Part shown: positions 1 to 13,853 of the stretch, in pieces
Position numbering within the stretch: the stretch's first letter is position 1
Layout: every line of letters begins with the position of its first letter
Origin: Octopus vulgaris
Taxonomy: Eukaryota
Length of the DNA: 64,000 nt
Reading direction: 5' to 3'
Assembly (NCBI GenBank): GCA_951406725.2
Contig: OX597826.1
Location: 6,014,001-6,078,000, forward strand
Notes under the pieces: generated by a model
Seen by the model: only the letters and a program-made list of their open reading frames with translations
What the model was told of the DNA's origin: nothing
Database searches by the model: none
Position numbers and translations under genes: made by a program

Positions 1-199
1 GTGAAAACGGTTTGCTATGTTGATAATATTCACAGTATTGGAAAATAATGTAACGTTTTCATTTTATGCCATAATATATTTATTCTGAATTTTCTTTTTG
101 TCCATAGTAACTATATGTTTTGAGATAAGGAATATTGTATACACTAATGGACCTCATGGTCCTGATATGAGGAATATTAAGGTATTAAGATAAACATAT

Positions 200-580
200 A
201 TGACGTAATTCCATAGTGCATAGGAAAAAACCATTTTAGTTAAATCGCTATTTAATCAATATATTCTTTGATATTTCTACAGGGTAAAATACCCAAGGAT
301 GACATAAATATATAAAGTACCGATGCTCCCAGACATCAAGTGTTCAAATTACTTAAGTTTGTTCGAAATGATACTGTGTGGAGATATCCTTTTCCTTAAA
401 TCTTTTGAACATGTGCCTAGTAAGCACGATCGCTGTCCATCTACTCTTTCAAAGAACCAGAGCCCTAAACTGCATTTTGAGTTATCTTTCCTTCCACAGC
501 TATAGCTACATAGATACTTTGGTAAAACATCTTCCATAAGACATAATATTCTTAGAATAACACGATTATGTGACAAGCGT
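200..580 (-). pseudogene. possible ancient Tc1/mariner transposase relic
   Basis: Minus-strand translation LGLWFFERVDG...LRKRISPHSIIS and DLTKMVFSYALWNYV loosely resemble WFQQDGA...FPGRIIS and PDLNPLDYxLWGYV; heavily decayed. Confidence 0.25.
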
Positions 581-945
581 AATTTTGACGATACGTGAAC
601 TTTATTGTTGCATAGACACTATTTCATTGATCTCAATGGAGGCCGACCCACTTCACACTACGTTCCAATTATTATTATTTTTCTAATATTTCGTTTTATG
701 GTTGGATTTCCCTTAGTATTTCGATTAATGATCTACTCCACGATATTTTAAGCCGTAATGTAAAGTATTTTCAGGCATTTTGTTTTTACAATGTATGAAT
801 TTTTTTCAGTATAGATTCAGTGAAATCAATAAATATTCAGTTTTCGGCACCAATTTTGTCTATATTTATGAATTATGAGGCTTACAAAATTTATTTAATG
901 GATTGTATAAAAGTGTACATTTATATTACATAATGGATAACATTG

Positions 946-1069
946 ATATCACATGCCATTTGTGATATAATATCAAATAATTTCATACAAATATATGTGT
1001 AATAGACGCACATATATATGCATCTATCCATATATAATACATATATGTATAATATATATATGTATAATA

Positions 1070-1112
<43 letters not shown>

Positions 1113-1279
1113 GAATGTATATATATATATATATATTATGGATGTATACACGCATATATATATATATACACATATATATACGTATATCACATGCAATTTG
1201 TGATATAACATAAAATAATTTCATACAGATATATGTATAATAGACGTACATATATATGCATCTATCCATATATAATACA

Positions 1280-1290
<11 letters not shown>
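946..1290. repeat. local ~105-bp direct duplication embedded in (TA)n
   Basis: tatcacatgc.atttgtgatataa...catctatccatatataatacatatatgtata at ~948 and ~1185. Confidence 0.8.
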
Positions 1291-1325
<35 letters not shown>

Positions 1326-1332
1326 CATATAC

Positions 1333-1373
<41 letters not shown>

Positions 1374-1431
1374 TATATGTATATATATTACATATATATA
1401 TACATACATTTATATATACATATATATATAC

Positions 1432-1488
<57 letters not shown>

Positions 1489-2084
1489 CATACAAACACA
1501 CACTCACAGACACACACACGTATGGAGGTGTGCCAGCGGATATGTACAAGCTGAGTTGACTATTGTCAAATTTGTGATTATTATATTTGATGCGTTTGAT
1601 AAAAATTCTCAAATCTGCCTGCATATGTATTTCTATTGTCTCAAAAGGTAATAATGAACGTGCAACATGCAGACAACCTGTGTGATTAAGCTTACTTTTG
1701 CAGTTCTTTGAATGAAAGCCAGACCTTCAGTCTCCAGTTAAAGACGTGAGCATTTCTGTTATCCCCGGGATTTCGCAGTACCACAATCCAGCTAATTCAT
1801 TCACATTGTGAGCAGCGAATGTGTATTTGTTTTCATTTCACAGGTTTCCAGTACACCTGAACATTATTTTCTTTCATGTCATCATTTATATCACTTCACT
1901 AATTATTTAGTGCTTTATGCAAATATGTGCAATATAGTCATATAGTCAGACCTACTGCTTGGTTTTTCTTATATGGCCGTGAGTCATTCTGTTTTAGAGA
2001 AAACTCCTTTCTTTCGTTATGTTTATTTGCGTGTCATATTTCTTTGAATTAACTCATAATACATAATATAATTAAGTTTTGAAA

Positions 2085-2119
2085 ATTATTATTATTGTTA
2101 TTATTATTATTATTATTAC

Positions 2120-2155
<36 letters not shown>

Positions 2156-2161
2156 TATTAC

Positions 2162-2251
<90 letters not shown>

Positions 2252-2328
2252 TATTATTATTATCATTATAATTATTATTATTATTATTATTGATGATGAT
2301 GATGATGATCATCATGATGATCATGATT
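2085..2328. repeat. (ATT)n/(GAT)n microsatellite
   Basis: Long ATT run followed by GAT units. Confidence 0.95.
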
Positions 2329-2379
2329 AAAACGATAATGAAGAGGCCAACGGCAAGAATTTCTTTTATGCGCCACAGT

Positions 2380-2790
2380 TCATATTGAATGAAGGGAATA
2401 TTTCGAGCAAAGTTTCCAATTTCTGAGGCGTAACATAAAAGTTGACACGAAGAAAGTTAGATAAAGGGGATAGAAAAGAAGAAAAGTATAAGTTGTATTC
2501 AAAATATGTGATCTCATGTCTTTTTTTATTCCTTCTGGTGGGAGAAAATATCTAACTACTGCAAAAGAAAGAAGGATACCCGTAAATCTAGGATCACTCG
2601 GACCATCACAAGCCCCAAGCTCGAGTTCAACTGTTTTTCTACAAGTGAATGCGTAGAGTAGGCCCATCCGCGCTAGCAATTTCTTCCTCAGTCATCTGCA
2701 TTTGACAAACTTACTGGAAGATATCATTTGCCACTCTTTTTCCACTTTTCTTTCAAAGTGGAACCTTAGCGAGGCGTAATGAAAAAAAAA
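2380..2790 (-). mobile_element. possible 3' end of an L1/Tx1-like LINE
   Basis: Minus frame FFFHYASLRFHFERKVEKEWQMISSSKFVKCR resembles Tx1-type ORF2 C-termini, followed by a UTR-like T-rich tract; recognition only. Confidence 0.3.
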
Positions 2791-2863
2791 ACACCAGAAT
2801 ATGTGTACTCTATGTCTGTGTTTCCAAGGATGTTTACATTTGAGTAACTTACATAACAATACC

Positions 2864-3278
2864 TGTGCTTGTATGACATATAAGTGTAACATTGTGACGT
2901 TTCGGTTATATATATGTCTGCTCCTGTTTCAATATACCCCTAGGCATCTAGCATGTCTGAGTTAGATCTTGAAGTCATGTCACCAGGGTAAATAACGTAC
3001 ATAACAGTACCTGAAATCAGCACTGGACAATAAACTTCACTCTTGCGTTACACCATTAGGAGTCCCTTGGCCTCGAACAATTTACAATTATGACTTTTTT
3101 GCGTTTTCTGTATTATCGTGAGTTCTCTACGTAATATTTATGTTGTGCTTTTATGACATATAAGTGTAACATTGTGACGTTTCGGTTATATATATATGTC
3201 TGCTCCTGTTGTAATGTACCCCTAGGCACGTAGCATGTCTGCGTTAGATCTTGAAGTCATGGCACCAGGGTAAATAAC
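2864..3278. repeat. ~133-bp direct repeats with 280-bp period
   Basis: 2864-2996 and 3144-3278 nearly identical (tgtgctt.tatgacatataagtgtaac...caccagggtaaataac). Confidence 0.9.
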
Positions 3279-5084
3279 TTGCAGCTTTTAGTTTCATGTA
3301 TATAAAATGTTCCCATATCAATACAATTTCAAACTTTAGTGCATTCAGCCAGTAGTGGGATATCATTGAAGTCCTGCGAAACTAACTGGGTCTTATTATT
3401 TAGTTTCATTGCTTATGGTTGCTTTGCCATTGGAATACCTTAAATATCATTGTACATGATATTTGAAACTGTAAATGTATGTTGTACTTATCCGCACTGC
3501 TTCCAAATACTGAAACAATTATCCGCGACCATGTTCTGACGTTTCTTCTCCTTAAACTTGTGCGGATGTTGATAATGACCAGCGGAAATATTTGCATAAT
3601 GTACTTGCTCATTGACTCCCTATTTATGTCATTGTTTTCTGCAGGCAGGAAAGGAAATGTGAAGTGAACTGAATCTCAGAAAGCAAAGAGATGCAACAGA
3701 TACAGCAAGCCAACTCGTCCCACATCTCATATTTCACCTGTCATAGAATATCATTTCTCATTCGCAAATTATCTGAAAAACAAAGTTGACCAAGGCGTGA
3801 TGCGAAATCGGAACGCTGAGAGTCTGGACAAACGCTAAGATATTCTATCCGACGCTGTAAAAATTCCACCCTTCATTATTTTCAGATAGTTTTTAACGAT
3901 TCAGATTGCGAAAGTTCAATACTTTTACAGAAAACATGCGACATCAACGATAAGACAAGAGCGGTTCAACGCCCATGAACCACCTTTGTTCAGAAGCGAT
4001 TCAATTTTGACTAAACGCTTAAAGCTTATAATGCAGTTGATAATATTAGAAGAAATGAAAGTTGATCTATAATAAATTATACAAATACGCTCAACAATTG
4101 CCTTTCTATCAATTCTACAGTAAATTATAGTCAAAGAAAAAAAACACAACGAATGAGAGAAATTTCTGGAGTCTTTGTGAATCAACTATATTGAGAAAAT
4201 AAAGACAAAAATTTTTTTGATGAATCGTTGTGACATTTAGGTGGCAATTGAATTTCATTGCAGTGCAACTGGTAATGAATAGAAAGACTTTGAATTATGC
4301 ACCAATTTAATCCTACCCGGACAGTGTATTTAATGAATGTCCCAGCTTTAATGGAAATCCGACGTCTTTTTTATTTTATTTCATGATAGAAAAACCTGTG
4401 AAATAAAATTATTTCATAAAGAAAATACAATCTCACCAAATATATTAACAAAAGCCTATTTCCTGAACAAAAAAAGAAAGAAAATCGATTATCCCATCAA
4501 GAGGAAGCACAAACACAAACTCTTACATACACACACGTCAACACATATTCTCTCACATAGAAATAGAAAATAAAAAACAACGACCCGTATATACGCACAT
4601 ACATACAAACATGCATATACAGACGTATAAATAAACACATACACGCATATGTAAACATTGAATCCCAACCGTATTAACACGCACTCAGAATCAAGTAAAC
4701 GCACATTCTTATGCAGAAACCTTACACAGAAATTTTCTCACTAACTCACTCTCACTCTCTCACTCTTTCTCTCTCTCACACTCTGGCTCTGTCTCTCCCT
4801 CTCACTCACTCACTGTATCTCTCTTACACACACACGCACACATACACACACAAACACGCACACACGCACACACACACGCTCAGAGATTCATCAAGCAGCT
4901 TTAGACCAATGTTGTGAATATTTTTTTCTTTCAGGTTACACTACATAGAAACTTCGGTCTATGGATTTTATGTATTTGAATGTTGAGAGAAAACCAGAAA
5001 CTCGGTTCTGTTTCGATTCTTTCACACATTCGTTACAATTCATATGCATGAATCAAGAAATAACGATAACTACTCAGTGGTCTA

Positions 5085-5682
5085 CGCAAAGTTTTCAAAC
5101 ATTTTTGATCGTTCTCGACACAATCAAGAACTTGAGCAAATGAAACCGGTGTGTGTTTTTGGTCAGCTGAAAGCAGTTTGGCACAAAATCGAAAGACCCG
5201 CGCATTATACCCAAATGGTCGGTGATAAAGAACTGAACCGAACCGTAACTAATCTGCACATTCTCTGATAACTCACATATGGCGATCTGACAATTTCTCC
5301 TCGCAACTGCACGCATATCAACTATGATTTTCTCAGTTGTACTGAGCGTTCGTCAATATCAGTATATTTTCACCCACCTTCGAATCCTCTGAACCACACG
5401 TACGCTTGTGTGTGGCTCAAACACTCCTCTCCATACACTTTCTCCCAACTTTGCACAGCAGATATCGACATGACAAATTTTTCTGTCATGGTGAATGTTA
5501 CGATCACACGCTACACACATTCCTTCCAACCACTGGTGTAAACAGCGGATGTGAGCTAGAACGTTATAACTTTGTGCGCATACATAGGAGAGTTCAAAGA
5601 CAATCTGAGCCAATGGGCTTTACTTTCCATACATTAGCTTCGTTACTATGCCAGCAGTCCGGATATGTATTGTGCCGAAGTC

Positions 5683-5685
<3 letters not shown>
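5085..5685 (-). mobile_element. mariner (Mos1-type) transposon 5' part, decayed transposase
   Basis: Minus-strand frames give ICCAKLG, VWRGVFEPHTS.. and ICELSENVQISYGSVQFFITDHLGIMRGSFDFVP, matching the mariner HTH region ending in the (W/F)VP motif; end abuts TA at ~5684. Confidence 0.8.
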
Positions 5686-5744
<59 letters not shown>

Positions 5745-5960
5745 GTGTGTGTGTGTGTTAGTTCCCTGCCATTACTCGACAACCGATGGTGGTGTGCTTA
5801 CGTTCGCATAACTCAGCGGTTCGGCAAAAGAAACCGCTAGAAAAAGTAGACGTAGTTGAAAGAATGAGAAAAACAGTAGCCGGCTTCAATTCTTCAAGGC
5901 GGTGCAAAGCTCATGGCCAGAGTATAATGACTCAAACAACAAAACGATAAAAGATAAAAC
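5745..5960 (+). mobile_element. SINE family A, 3' part
   Basis: gacaaccgatggtggtgtg...ttcggcaaaag...aaggcggtg...taaaagataaaa matches copies at 22809 and 38541. Confidence 0.7.
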
Positions 5961-6319
5961 CTTATAGATTTGTTTAGTTGAAGTAACTGATACACGACAC
6001 ACCACCAAAGGCAGTTAGATCGGAAAACGTCAAATTTTATCTTTTACATTTCGCGGTCGTTTTGCTAAGGTCACTTACAAGGAATTAGTTCAAGAAATTA
6101 TCTCCAGTACCTATATTCTTACTGTGGTACTTATTCTAGCCGGCATATTTAGAAAGCAACATCTCTTTTGAAGCCAGGGTGGTGGTCGGGAAATACGATA
6201 CAAACACAAAAGCACACACATTTATAGATATGTGAAATATATACGTAGGTACTTTTGTGTTTCTGTGTACGTGTTTGTATATATATACATATGTAGATAT
6301 GTATGTATATATATATGTG

Positions 6320-6361
<42 letters not shown>

Positions 6362-6541
6362 CACATATATATGATAATAATTCTAACAAATATATGCGTT
6401 GTATTCATTATTTTGCGCATTACCTAATCATTAGTACATATTTTATCTTATATTTAATCTTTCTATAAGATGTAATTTTTCTAAATGGTATAATTTAATT
6501 TTTCATTATTGAATTAATAAAATGTGTTTTTCATAATTTAT

Positions 6542-6606
<65 letters not shown>

Positions 6607-6896
6607 CTAAAACACTCAGGTATATTTACACAGACGAGGTAGGAGTGATATATGTGTGTTTGTGTCTCTGCGTGTTTATGCTGAATCCTCTACATCCGAT
6701 CAATGCAGTTCCATATGCAGTTCCATACGACGGGATGCTTTCGATTTTCGTCTTCCAAATCCACTTGCGAGACATTTGTCAAACCGGAGCGGTAGCAGAA
6801 AATAGTTGTTCTAGGTGCTGCACTGTGGAATTTGAGCCCTAGAACACGTGGCCAGGGAGCAAGCTTCTCATGTACTCAATGATGAAAATAATTACA

Positions 6897-7188
6897 TCTA
6901 TAATAATAAACGTGACATTCTGTCTATCTGGAACCCCTGTATCTCAGCCATTATTTGCTCTACGTTGACATATTATACCTTTTAGGAATCAGGGCGATTC
7001 CGGGATTGAATATCTGTCAATCGTTTGCTTCTTGAACATCAAGCGGAGTGCGATTTTTAAGCTAGTACTTTATAAAATTCAACATGATGATAGAAAATGT
7101 ATCTTGGAATGTTAACCCGTGTCTCATCACAGTGTCAAAAGTAATAAAGAAAATACAAACATGAAGGAATTAACTTGTAGCTACTAGT
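6897..7188 (+). mobile_element. possible decayed non-autonomous Helitron
   Basis: Starts A|TCTATAATAATAAA, internal gtatctcagcc, ends CTAGT; similar layout to the 47849 element. Confidence 0.35.
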
Positions 7189-7524
7189 AAAATTAACATG
7201 AATTCTTAACCACCGAAATTTGACTGCGAGAGACAAAAGGATACGTAAGTTCTGAAGCATATTTCTAACGGTAAAAAGCGTAAAAAGTTTAAATGACGGG
7301 TAACTCAAAAGAAAACCAATCAGTAAATAAGAAATAACACAACCACCAAATGTACTGTAATTAAATCTTGATAATAAGACTGTGAATATTTAGAAAGGTC
7401 GGGCACAGATTTATGAATTCTAGTGTAACGAACCAGCTGTGAAAACCTATTAAGAAAACTCGGGAAATACGTTTAAATCACAAAAGATAAAGCTTGAATA
7501 TTTTCGTGTTTTCAATGCTCACGA

Positions 7525-7900
<376 letters not shown>

Positions 7901-8250
7901 GCTTGAAAAAATTGAAAAGTAAAGACGAAAGAAATAGATTATGTCAATATGTCATGAGATTATGAGCAAATACTTCGTCAAAATTTATTAGTTAAAGAAT
8001 TACACCAAAGCCTTGATTATAATAGACTGTACTGAATCTAGATTTTACTTTGATGTCGTTGCTGTTGTTCGAATATTAATCTAGAAATAAATAACAGGTG
8101 CGGGGACATTATATTTAATTGGGTTCGATTTCAATAACCTTGCCCTCGACTGCACTTAGCTCTCGTGCTGCTCTTAATTATACAGTTACACATGTTTATT
8201 CACACAACAATAGCACCAATAATTGAATGTACATAAGTTTGTATCGAACC

Positions 8251-8304
<54 letters not shown>

Positions 8305-8489
8305 TCTACAAACACTGCAGTTCCATATGCATATTTTGAGTAATATGAAAACACGCGCACACAAAATACATACATAAATACATCTCCCTCTCTCTATATA
8401 TATCTATCTATCTCTCTATTTATCTGTCACTCTGTATATTTATACATGATTGAAAGATAGATAGATAGATATACATATTTATATATACG

Positions 8490-8524
<35 letters not shown>

Positions 8525-8590
8525 TTATATATTTGTATATATATATAAAATTTATATATGTATATATATACATATATATATATATATATG

Positions 8591-8679
<89 letters not shown>

Positions 8680-8934
8680 TAAAACATTCGTACAGGTATA
8701 TTTACACACACGAGGTAGGGGTGATTTAGGTGTGTTTGTGTTTTCTTTGCGTCTTTGTGTTGAATCTTGTACATTTATGTCAATGTACATTATTCGATCC
8801 GATCATATGTATTACGGCATTTATTAAATGATACATAGAGCCATTTCACAATAAATGTCTGTGTGTACTTGTATGTGCGCCTGCGCGTGCTTTAGAAACA
8901 TCAAGTGTTGAAAACAAACTTCGAGAACACTGAA

Positions 8935-9200
8935 GAAACAAATTCAAATCCTTCAAAAATTCACCACCAACAAGTGTTTTTGTAGGATTGGAGGAAAAAC
9001 ATTTTAGTATGATTAAAAATATCAAATTCAAGAAGCACCCAAAGAAACACAATAAAACCAAAGAAAACTAAATGAACCACTGAAGACCTACAGAAATGCA
9101 ACCGGAATATTAGTATCAGTGGACAAAACCGGTAAGATAGACAGACAAACATACAATTAAATAGATTGATGGATGGATAGAGAGACGGACATACATATTT
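8935..9200 (+). pseudogene. Penelope-like element RT N-terminal fragment, copy 1
   Basis: KFKSFKNSPPTSVFVGLEEKHFSMIKNIKFKKHPKKHNK / RKLNEPLKTYRNATGILVSVDKT resembles the PLE motif GFKS..PP...L..FE.DL..MI.NI.F.....FQ.KL......V.ADKT; frameshifted. Confidence 0.6.
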
Positions 9201-9599
9201 TCATTTGTTAGTGTTATCATAAGCACACTGTTTTAAGTAAGAGCTGATCAGCTTAGAAACATAAAAATGCTCGGGTTCTCAAAAAATGAAAGAGAAGTGA
9301 GAAATTCAGAGTATAATGTTTGTCAAAAAGTCAATGAAAGTTTGTTAAAACTTTTCAGGGATTCTCCATTTGATATACTTAGGTGAACACATTCACACCA
9401 TCGCATGACGAATGGAATATATACACATGCATGCACAAAGACAATAATTAAGCAACTACATGTTTCTGCTCCCCTGTGGAACGCATACCTACGCGAGCAT
9501 GCTTATCCATAACATATACATGTGCACATCGTGAAAATGTATATAGATTCGTCAATGAATTCAGATAATAAGCTTCAAGCGATCGCTTGGCTTAAACAG

Positions 9600-9825
9600 A
9601 AGAGTTTTTGATAATACTTTGATAATGATGTTTGATATGTACCAAACTGAATTCAAGAAGTACCCAAAGAAACACAATAAACACCAAAGAAAACTAAATG
9701 AACCGCTGAAGACCTTCAGAACCGCAACTGGAGTATTTGTATCAGTGGACAAAACCGGTAAGATAGACAGACAAACAGACAATTAAATAGATTGATGCAT
9801 CGATAGAGAGACGGGCATACATACT
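9600..9825 (+). pseudogene. Penelope-like element RT N-terminal fragment, copy 2 (local duplicate)
   Basis: EFKKYPKKHNKHQRKLNEPLKTFRTATGVFVSVDKT; ~175 bp shared with 9023-9196 including the same 3' flank. Confidence 0.6.
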
Positions 9826-11191
9826 TGAATTAAGTCTTAACACATCATACATGAATACATACATACATACATTCCTCCATATATACGTACATACTTACAC
9901 ACACATACATTTGTATATTGCTTAGGATAACGTATATTGTTTTGTGGGTAGAAATAATAGATAATAAAAAATATCGTTGTAGTTAACGCGTTCTCCTTCA
10001 GTAGATGAAGACAATGTGTGATGGACCATGAGGTAAATTATATCTTAATAAAGAAGTTATTCTCGTTGTGCATACATTTCTGATTTCATTCTGATGCCGT
10101 TCTTGTCTTACTAAATTAAATACAAGTAATGTAATACACGAAGTTTAATACTGTCAAATTTTACCAGTCAAGTAATCGACTTGCATCCTTCTACTCGAAA
10201 TTGTTTGCTTTGATCACTGCAATGGACTTGCGTCGCGTCCAGAGGGAAATATGGTGATGCTGGTCTCATGTTAGCCACCGTGCAACCGATGTTATGGACG
10301 TAGTCCTCCGGAAAAATATTCTGCCTCATGTGGGATACAATAGGATTTATGCTCGATTAAAGTAAATAGAATCGTTTGTCTAAGAAGTTCGTCTTTTTAC
10401 CCCATAGTGCGTTATTGTGTTTTTATACCAGTGTTAAATGCGTGCCTAAAATTAAGTTGCTGAACTGTAGCGATCGATAACTAAAGAACTAGACTAAAAT
10501 AAGTAATGGGGTAGTAATATTGTGCATCTCTAAAATGCATTTTCCAGCAAATAATATAATTAAGGGGATGAAAGTGTTAAGTGTTAAAGTATGTGTAGGT
10601 TCGAGAAGATGCCGTTCCTTCTTTTAGAGACTGGCATTGAATAAATACAACCTATAGAAAGGCTTCTCCGTCATCTCTCAAAATACAAATCACGTAATAC
10701 AGCCGAAACCACATAATACATATAAGGTTTCGTTTTGAATTTCACGTATGGTTTATTTTAAAACAATTAATACCCATGTGTAGAAGCTCAACTTTTTCTT
10801 ACTGGTGTAATTTTAATTTACATTATTTTCTCTCGAGATTAATTTCTTAAGCTCCTACTTAAATTAAACATTGATAATATTTTCGGTATAATCTCAAAGA
10901 TAAATCACAAAATATCAAGTTATAATGATGATTTAGAACAAAAACGTGTTGGAAAGTTGAAGAAATAGATGAAGCCTCGTTTCGAATCGATGATCCGTAC
11001 TAAAGTGGATTAAACTTTACATAAGTATCATGCTTTGTTTTTATGCTTCAACGCTTGAGATTTTTTTTCTTTATGATTTATGTCATATCGCTAATTTGCA
11101 ATTGTCATCCGCTTATACTAAAGAAGAGTTACATTCTCAGCATTTTATATAATCATCACTAGGTGATAAATTCTCAGAATATTGTAACAAC

Positions 11192-11602
11192 TACAGTAAT
11201 CTCTCGACTATCGTGGGTGTTACATTCCAAAACCTCCTTTGATAGGTGAAAATCCGCGAAGTAGAAATAGTACTTTACTGTATATATATTTTTAGCATTT
11301 TTATAATATGTATGTATTCTTATATTATTATAAATGCAAAGCAATAGCACACACTCGCCTCCCGTGTTTCGTTTTCCATACAATGTGCCATTCTTTGTTT
11401 ATCCATTTACGGTACACTATGTATTTTTCTTTTAATATATATTAATTAATGTGTTATACAGTCCAGTACTGTACTCTATTTCTATTTATTAAGTTTTAGG
11501 TGTGAAAATGCTTATTTTAACACAGAAATAAGAAAAATTAAAAAAAAGTAGAAATACCTATCGGACGCAGAAATCCGTGATATACTGAGGAATCCGTGAT
11601 AT
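11192..11602. mobile_element. Tigger/pogo-like MITE
   Basis: TA-CAGTAATCTCTCGACTATCG start and internal aaatccgcg/aatccgtgat subrepeats; homologous to 37958-38098. Confidence 0.55.
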
Positions 11603-12141
11603 AAATTTACATACATTAGCCAAGAAAAATACGTGATGTATTGAGTGCGCTATAGATGAAACGCGATATGGCGAGCGATTACTGTCCTAATTGTACATCC
11701 CGAAAGAAATATTTATTGAGCTATAGCCAAAAATATATTCAGAAAGAAAGATCTGTCAGAAAAATGGAATATCCTGTTAATGATGCAATCATCCAAATCA
11801 GATTTATAATCAGGTCTATTTTATTCGTCATTGGATCAGATTCTTGAAGTCGGTAGACTAAAGCCTTCAATATATACATGTTCTGGGTTTTAATATCCCA
11901 TTATCGCATCCCTTACTGAAAAAAAACATTTTACAGTTTTAATACTTCGGTCCTATTTTATATTTTTAATAGTTCTGTCCACCATTCACCATAGAATTTG
12001 ACACGATATTACAGCAACATTTTTACGAAGAAATAGGCTTTTCTTTTTCCCTCGCTAAGTATCTGACAAGAGACTACAGTCGAAAACGTTGAGCAGAATT
12101 GTCAACACAAATTAGCAAATACAAGCACCCACATGAATGTT

Positions 12142-12187
<46 letters not shown>

Positions 12188-12301
12188 ACGATACATAGAT
12201 ATATATGTATATATACATGAATATATATGTATATATATATATGTATAAAAATATATGTATATATGTATATATATATATATGTATATATGTATATGTATAT
12301 G

Positions 12302-12383
<82 letters not shown>

Positions 12384-12720
12384 TCACGCATCTTCTTCCA
12401 AGTAAGATTTTTCTATATATATATATATAAATATGTATATGTTGTAAGAATGGATAATAGTCAGTAGTGCGCAATGCATTACCAAAACTAAAATTCCCTA
12501 TCAATATGTATATATATATATATATATATAAAATTATGTGCTTTGACTACGACATAATAGCATTTTAGCTCTCATTTCTAGCAATGTATATGTTTCTAAC
12601 ACCTTAGTCACACACACACACACACACATATATGTGTGTTTGTTTGTCTATGTGTGCCTGTGTTTGCGTATGTAAACACATATAAATGTAATTATATGTA
12701 ATTATATATATATATATATA

Positions 12721-13011
12721 TTGATAAAAACGGTAAGATAACAAAAGAAAGAAAGAAACCTCAATATTATGTAAATAGAGGAAATTTATCTGTAAAATAA
12801 TATGTGACAATTATTGAATAGCCAAGATAACACTCTGAGTTTCGGATGCCGAGGTGGAAATCCACAACACCATATCTTCGGTTATCTGGCCAGATAACCG
12901 AATTCTGGCAAGATAACCGAAGAGATGGTGTTGTGGATTTCCACCTCGGCATCCGAAACTTAGAGTTTTGTTTTGGCTATTCAATAATTGTCACATATTA
13001 TTTTACAGATA
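12721..13011. mobile_element. fold-back pLTR-like element in (TA)n with an HHR-like motif in each arm
   Basis: Inverted arms 12787-12894 and 12904-13011 (~108 bp, few mismatches); (TA)n on both sides. Confidence 0.75.
12909..12975 (+). ncRNA. type I hammerhead-like motif (U4C variant)
   Basis: caagataa CCGAAGA gatg...catcc GAAA c ttaga GTT ttgttttg; stem I pairs 8/8 with two G:U; the minus-strand mirror copy at 12823-12889 has a GTG triplet. Confidence 0.55.
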
Positions 13012-13024
13012 TATATATATATAT

Positions 13025-13656
13025 AACAACAATTGAGGAACGGCTACAATAGGCCGTTCGACCCACTAGAAATAGCAGCCAGGGCTCCAACCGCAAATAG
13101 TAGTAATTCCGACCGCTGGTGGCAAAATAATTTCTATTGAATTTTTTGCTACCCTAAATTGATTAATTGATAATTTTCTGATTAATTCCGAAATTGAATC
13201 GGCAGTTTATATTTGCTGCCGATAAGTTGGGTCGAGTACGATGATTTTGAAAATTTTAGGTCAGATATTACCTAGGCATGGAGGTAGCTGCCTCGTGTAA
13301 TTTCTGTCCCTTCTGGCTCTTTTACTGATGAGCGCGTTGGCCTTTTGGAAGATTGACTTGATTAAGTTTAATTTAATTTAATCAGGCTGGTTTACCATTA
13401 AAAAACGCCGAAACAATGCATTGTCTAAAGAAGAACAGGGTAAATGTTTTTTTTTATTTTTCCTTAGATTTCGGAATTACAACTATTTGCGGTTGGAGCC
13501 CTGGCTGCTATTTCTAGTGGGTCGAACGGCCTATTGTAGCCGTTCCTCAATTGTTGTTGAATTTATTCATAGTCTCTAACTATTTCCTCTTTCTCACTAG
13601 ACCGCTGGTGGCAAAATAATTTCTATTGAATCTTTTGCTACCCTAAATTGATTAAT
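13025..13656 (+). mobile_element. non-coding HHR-bearing Penelope-pLTR/retrozyme-like element in (TA)n
   Basis: 57-bp direct repeats 13111-13167 and 13600-13656 (period 489); 87-bp inverted repeat 13025-13111 vs 13472-13558; internal HHR; no ORF. Confidence 0.8.
13318..13432 (+). ncRNA. type I hammerhead ribozyme
   Basis: tctttta CTGATGA g(c)gcgtt...aacgcc GAAA c aatgcatt GTC taaaga; complete core, long stem II hairpin, palindromic stem III; predicted cleavage after 13425. Confidence 0.8.
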
Positions 13657-13659
13657 ATT

Positions 13660-13696
<37 letters not shown>

Positions 13697-13700
13697 ATAT

Positions 13701-13782
<82 letters not shown>

Positions 13783-13853
13783 TATAATTTCTTTTTTCAG
13801 AAGGAGATGAAAATCCAAGGCTGTGAAGAGTTTAGAACATTTATAAATAGAAG

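Noticed and set aside
1696-1790. Possible small host exon (minus strand, GTAAG donor at 1695)
   Set aside because: No convincing acceptor, no recognisable protein similarity and no partner exons
3380-3600. Possible CR1/L2 C-terminal relic (TSLRRRN, minus strand)
   Set aside because: A single short motif; unsupported without a search
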